IMG/VR virus record: IMGVR_UViG_3300021389_000010
Coordinates: 1-64,000 of that record
Reading direction: 5' to 3' (one strand)
DNA length: 64,000 nt
Origin: a virus
The notes under the pieces are model-generated. The model was given only the letters and a program-made list of their open reading frames with translations. It searched no databases and was not told the DNA's origin. A program made the position numbers and the translations under genes. Shown here in pieces: positions 61,119-64,000 of this stretch. Position 1 is the stretch's first letter; every line of letters starts with the position of its first letter.

Positions 61119-64000
61119 TGGAAGACGAGCAGTTATTAGAAGCACTTGAGTCCGCGTACAATAGAGGGGTAACCCTTGAGCAGATGCAGGGTAAACTTAG
61201 CGATGACGCAATGGTTGTCGCACAAGATTTCTTTTCAAAAAAAAAAGATGGTACCGAAGATTCTCAGATCGCCAGTCCTTCGGTATCAGCATCAGAGCCT
61301 TCGGTAAACGGTACGGTATCTCTATCTACTCGACTCGACTCTGATTCAAAGGCGGTTTCTTCTGGTTTGTTAGATGCTGTAAAGTCAGCACAGGAACGCG
61401 GTGTTACCCTTGAGCAAATGCAGGGTAAGTTGTCTGATGACGCGTACAATTTAGCCAGTCAATACTACAAAACCATAGAGTCTCAACGTCCTGTTAATCG
61501 CAAGATGAAAGACCACTGGTTAATCATTGACGATAACCCAAGTGAGTTAGGTAGATTGTGGAATCGCGCTGTATCTGGTGGTATTCTTGCTAACGAAATA
61601 CAAGAGGCAGAAATCACAGGGGTGATGGACTACGAAAAGATAGCCTACCTCAACAACATAGTTCAAAGAGACGCACCAAAAGAAGAAGACTACCTATACG
61701 ACACCGATAATCCTGTAGGTAGTTTTGTGCTTGATGTAATACGCACTATACCAGAGTCATTAATCTCTATGGCTACTGCGTATGAGACTGGTGTCAGAGG
61801 TGCAGCGGCAGGTGCTGGTGTAGGTGCAGGAGTAGGCTCTGTTATTCCCGGTGCAGGTACAGCGGCAGGTGCAACTACTGGTGCTATAGCAGGATACTTT
61901 GGTGGAACATCATTGGCTCTTGAGTATGGTCATTCTATTATGGATGTACTTCGTGAGGAGGGCGTAGACGTCACTTCTCCAGATCAACTAAGGGAAGCAT
62001 CACGTGACCAAAGAATAATGTCTAAGGCACGAGAGAAAGGCCTCAAGCGTGGTATCCCTATCGCGGTATTCGATGCTATATCGGGGGGTACTGCGGGTAA
62101 AGTAGGTAACGTACTCGTAAAATCTGTAGGTAAATCAGCGACAAACAGAGCCATGAAGGTGGCTGCGGCAGAAACCTTGGTTCAAGCAGGGCTTGGGGGT
62201 ACTGGTGAGTTTGCGGGACAGGTAATATCGGGTGAGGAAATCAGACCAAGAGACATAGCACTCGAGGCATTCGCTGAGTTAGGCCCAGCAGCACCCGTAA
62301 TGGCCTACAATCTTGCAGGTCGCATCGGTAAAACACCTGGTGAATTATCATACATAGACTGGGCAAAAGAACAGGATCAGAAGAAACTCTCTGTAGCCAA
62401 TGAGATATCTTTTGTGGCTAACAATGGGGAGATTGCATCTATAGATAATGAGATTCAAAAACTTAGAGAGTCTAAGAAGAAAGACCCAACCACAAAGAAA
62501 GCCGTAGACGCTAAACTACAGCGACTAAAACAAGAAAAGTACAGCCTACTTAGAGAAACCTCTGAGAGAGTTATGAAACTAGAGGGGGTACAAGAAGAAA
62601 TAGCAGACCAGTTAACGCGTGACCTTAATGCAGCAGCGGCAGTATTAAAGGAAGGTAATATTACTGCGGAAGAAAAGGCTGCTATCGAAGAAGAGATGGA
62701 GCAGTCAGCCAAAGAGTTAGACCAGTTGCTGTCGGGCCAAACAGAAGAGCAAACACAAGCGCAACCAGATGATAAAAAAGTTAAGCCCGAAGAAGTACCA
62801 GGTGCAGAGCAAGTCGGGGAAGAACTTGGGGACGTACCCAAGTCGGAAACAAGCAGAGCGAAGGCTCAAATTAGTGGAATACTTCAAGCACGCCAAGAAG
62901 AAGTAGGTAGAAAATCAAGAAGTAAAAGTGTAGCCGACGCGCTGACTGATTTTAAATACAACAGAGACAGGAAGAAAGGAGTTTTCTTTAACCTGTTTGA
63001 TAAGAACGACGCGGGTGCATTGCGAACAATGCTGGAGGAAGGAAAATATAGCGACGGTAAAAGGATACCTATAAAAGAACAGCGGATACTAAGCAAACTT
63101 GTGTTAGCAAGTGAGGCCTACAGACTTTTGAATCCAGACTCTAAAGATTTCAATGTAGGGTTTGGAAGAAAGGGTTTCTACGCAGCGGGTAAAGCGGCTG
63201 GCTTTAAAAAAGCAGATTTAAAAAATGCTGCTGGTATAACCTCTGGTAGAGTAGGCACTAAAGACGCTCCTATTATAGTGTCTATACCATCCGCAGATGA
63301 ATCCCTATCTCAGAGAGGTAAGGTAGATAGATATACAGCAGAAGGCACTGCGTATCATGAGGTTTACCACAAGATATTCTCAAAGTTTTTTAACGACAGA
63401 CCTATTGACTTCAATCAGTTTAGGAAACTTGTGATTCGTAGGTTAAGCGAGAGCAATGTCAAGGAGTTAAATGCTTTTGCGGAGCGATACATGGAGCGTG
63501 AGGATGGAGAATCTGCTGGTGCTTACAAGTCAGAGGAATTTATGGTTCAACTTGGTGGCTTACTCGGTAGTGAAAGAATTGTTTTTGAAGCATCTTTTCT
63601 CGAGGAACTCAAAGCGTTTTTAAATGGTGTCGTAAGTAAGATAACAGGCAATCGTGTACAGATATTTGAAGAGGCTGGTCTGGCTAAAGATATTTCTGAG
63701 TACATGAAAGGAATGAGTAAGGCTGTACGTGCTGGTGCAGACATCAGTCAAGTACCTATGGCCGAATCCTTGCAGACAGAACGCTTTCAAAGAGAGCGAC
63801 CAACGACTACGGAAAAAACAGAGAAGGACGAGTACGGGTTTGAAAAGCCTACGGGCGAGATGGATGTAGAGCCAAGTAAAAACGTGGCAGGTATACCAGA
63901 TCCAGAGAACTACGACAAGACCTTTGATCCTCTAGAAAAACTAACCGGAATTCTAGGCCCTAAACTAAACGCATTAGCAAAGAAACTCGAGAAGGTTCTT
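61118..64000 (+). CDS. Giant internal virion protein, 3'-truncated by the window edge; paralog of 979..7029 (absent from the ORF track)
   Basis: ATG overlaps the TAA at 61118. Contains MEDEQLLEALESAYNRGVTLEQ, AREKGLKRGIPIAVFDAISGG, TAYHEVYH and SEEFMVQL. Confidence 0.85.
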   Translation, partial: MEDEQLLEALESAYNRGVTLEQMQGKLSDDAMVVAQDFFSKKKDGTEDSQIASPSVSASEPSVNGTVSLSTRLDSDSKAVSSGLLDAVKSAQERGVTLEQMQGKLSDDAYNLASQYYKTIESQRPVNRKMKDHWLIIDDNPSELGRLWNRAVSGGILANEIQEAEITGVMDYEKIAYLNNIVQRDAPKEEDYLYDTDNPVGSFVLDVIRTIPESLISMATAYETGVRGAAAGAGVGAGVGSVIPGAGTAAGATTGAIAGYFGGTSLALEYGHSIMDVLREEGVDVTSPDQLREASRDQRIMSKAREKGLKRGIPIAVFDAISGGTAGKVGNVLVKSVGKSATNRAMKVAAAETLVQAGLGGTGEFAGQVISGEEIRPRDIALEAFAELGPAAPVMAYNLAGRIGKTPGELSYIDWAKEQDQKKLSVANEISFVANNGEIASIDNEIQKLRESKKKDPTTKKAVDAKLQRLKQEKYSLLRETSERVMKLEGVQEEIADQLTRDLNAAAAVLKEGNITAEEKAAIEEEMEQSAKELDQLLSGQTEEQTQAQPDDKKVKPEEVPGAEQVGEELGDVPKSETSRAKAQISGILQARQEEVGRKSRSKSVADALTDFKYNRDRKKGVFFNLFDKNDAGALRTMLEEGKYSDGKRIPIKEQRILSKLVLASEAYRLLNPDSKDFNVGFGRKGFYAAGKAAGFKKADLKNAAGITSGRVGTKDAPIIVSIPSADESLSQRGKVDRYTAEGTAYHEVYHKIFSKFFNDRPIDFNQFRKLVIRRLSESNVKELNAFAERYMEREDGESAGAYKSEEFMVQLGGLLGSERIVFEASFLEELKAFLNGVVSKITGNRVQIFEEAGLAKDISEYMKGMSKAVRAGADISQVPMAESLQTERFQRERPTTTEKTEKDEYGFEKPTGEMDVEPSKNVAGIPDPENYDKTFDPLEKLTGILGPKLNALAKKLEKVL
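61232..61344 (+). other. Putative -1 frameshift/slippage site (A10) and 32-codon extension
   Basis: TTT TCA AAA AAA AAA GAT; the -1 frame reads RWYRRFSDRQSFGISIRAFGKRYGISIYSTRL*. Confidence 0.7.
62769..62906 (+). CDS. Nested +1-frame small basic protein (45 aa)
   Basis: MIKKLSPKKYQVQSKSGKNLGTYPSRKQAERRLKLVEYFKHAKKK; homolog of 2621..2773. Confidence 0.75.
   Translation: MIKKLSPKKYQVQSKSGKNLGTYPSRKQAERRLKLVEYFKHAKKK

Noticed and set aside
61118-64000. Terminal redundancy or circular overlap with 979-3830
   Set aside because: The nucleotide sequences differ extensively, with synonymous changes and indels, so these are paralogs.

Overview
This window is most of the genome of a tailed dsDNA phage with crAss-like/podovirus-type structural genes. 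The host is very likely Bacteroidota, because TAnnTTTG -7 promoter boxes precede most operons and leaders are A-rich without Shine-Dalgarno motifs. Layout: (i) a minus-strand early/replication arm (9.4-24.7 kb) with primase-helicase, recombination genes, C5 methyltransferase, amidoligase/GATase/GGCT and glycan-modifying enzymes; (ii) a 2-kb mostly non-coding control or terminus region rich in repeats and purine-pyrimidine alternation (24.7-26.8 kb); (iii) a plus-strand late arm (27.7-64 kb, apparently continuing into 1-9.4 kb) with terminase, portal, capsid, tail, internal virion proteins and lysis/membrane genes. Main candidates for undescribed biology: (1) a Lys-rich collagen fibre of about 470 triplets with a C-terminal S74 chaperone, near one polypeptide fusing GT4-like, collagen-galactosyltransferase-like (GT25) and PLOD-type lysyl hydroxylase domains, i.e. 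a putative animal-like collagen hydroxylysine-glycosylation pathway; (2) a duplicated giant virion-protein gene whose two copies both conserve an A10-triggered -1 frame product and a nested +1 frame basic protein, each more conserved than the main frame; (3) a late small RNA with its own promoter box and terminator, complementary to start regions of several early genes; (4) two covarying tRNA-like RNA elements in early leaders. All family calls come from motif recognition by eye; no searches were run.
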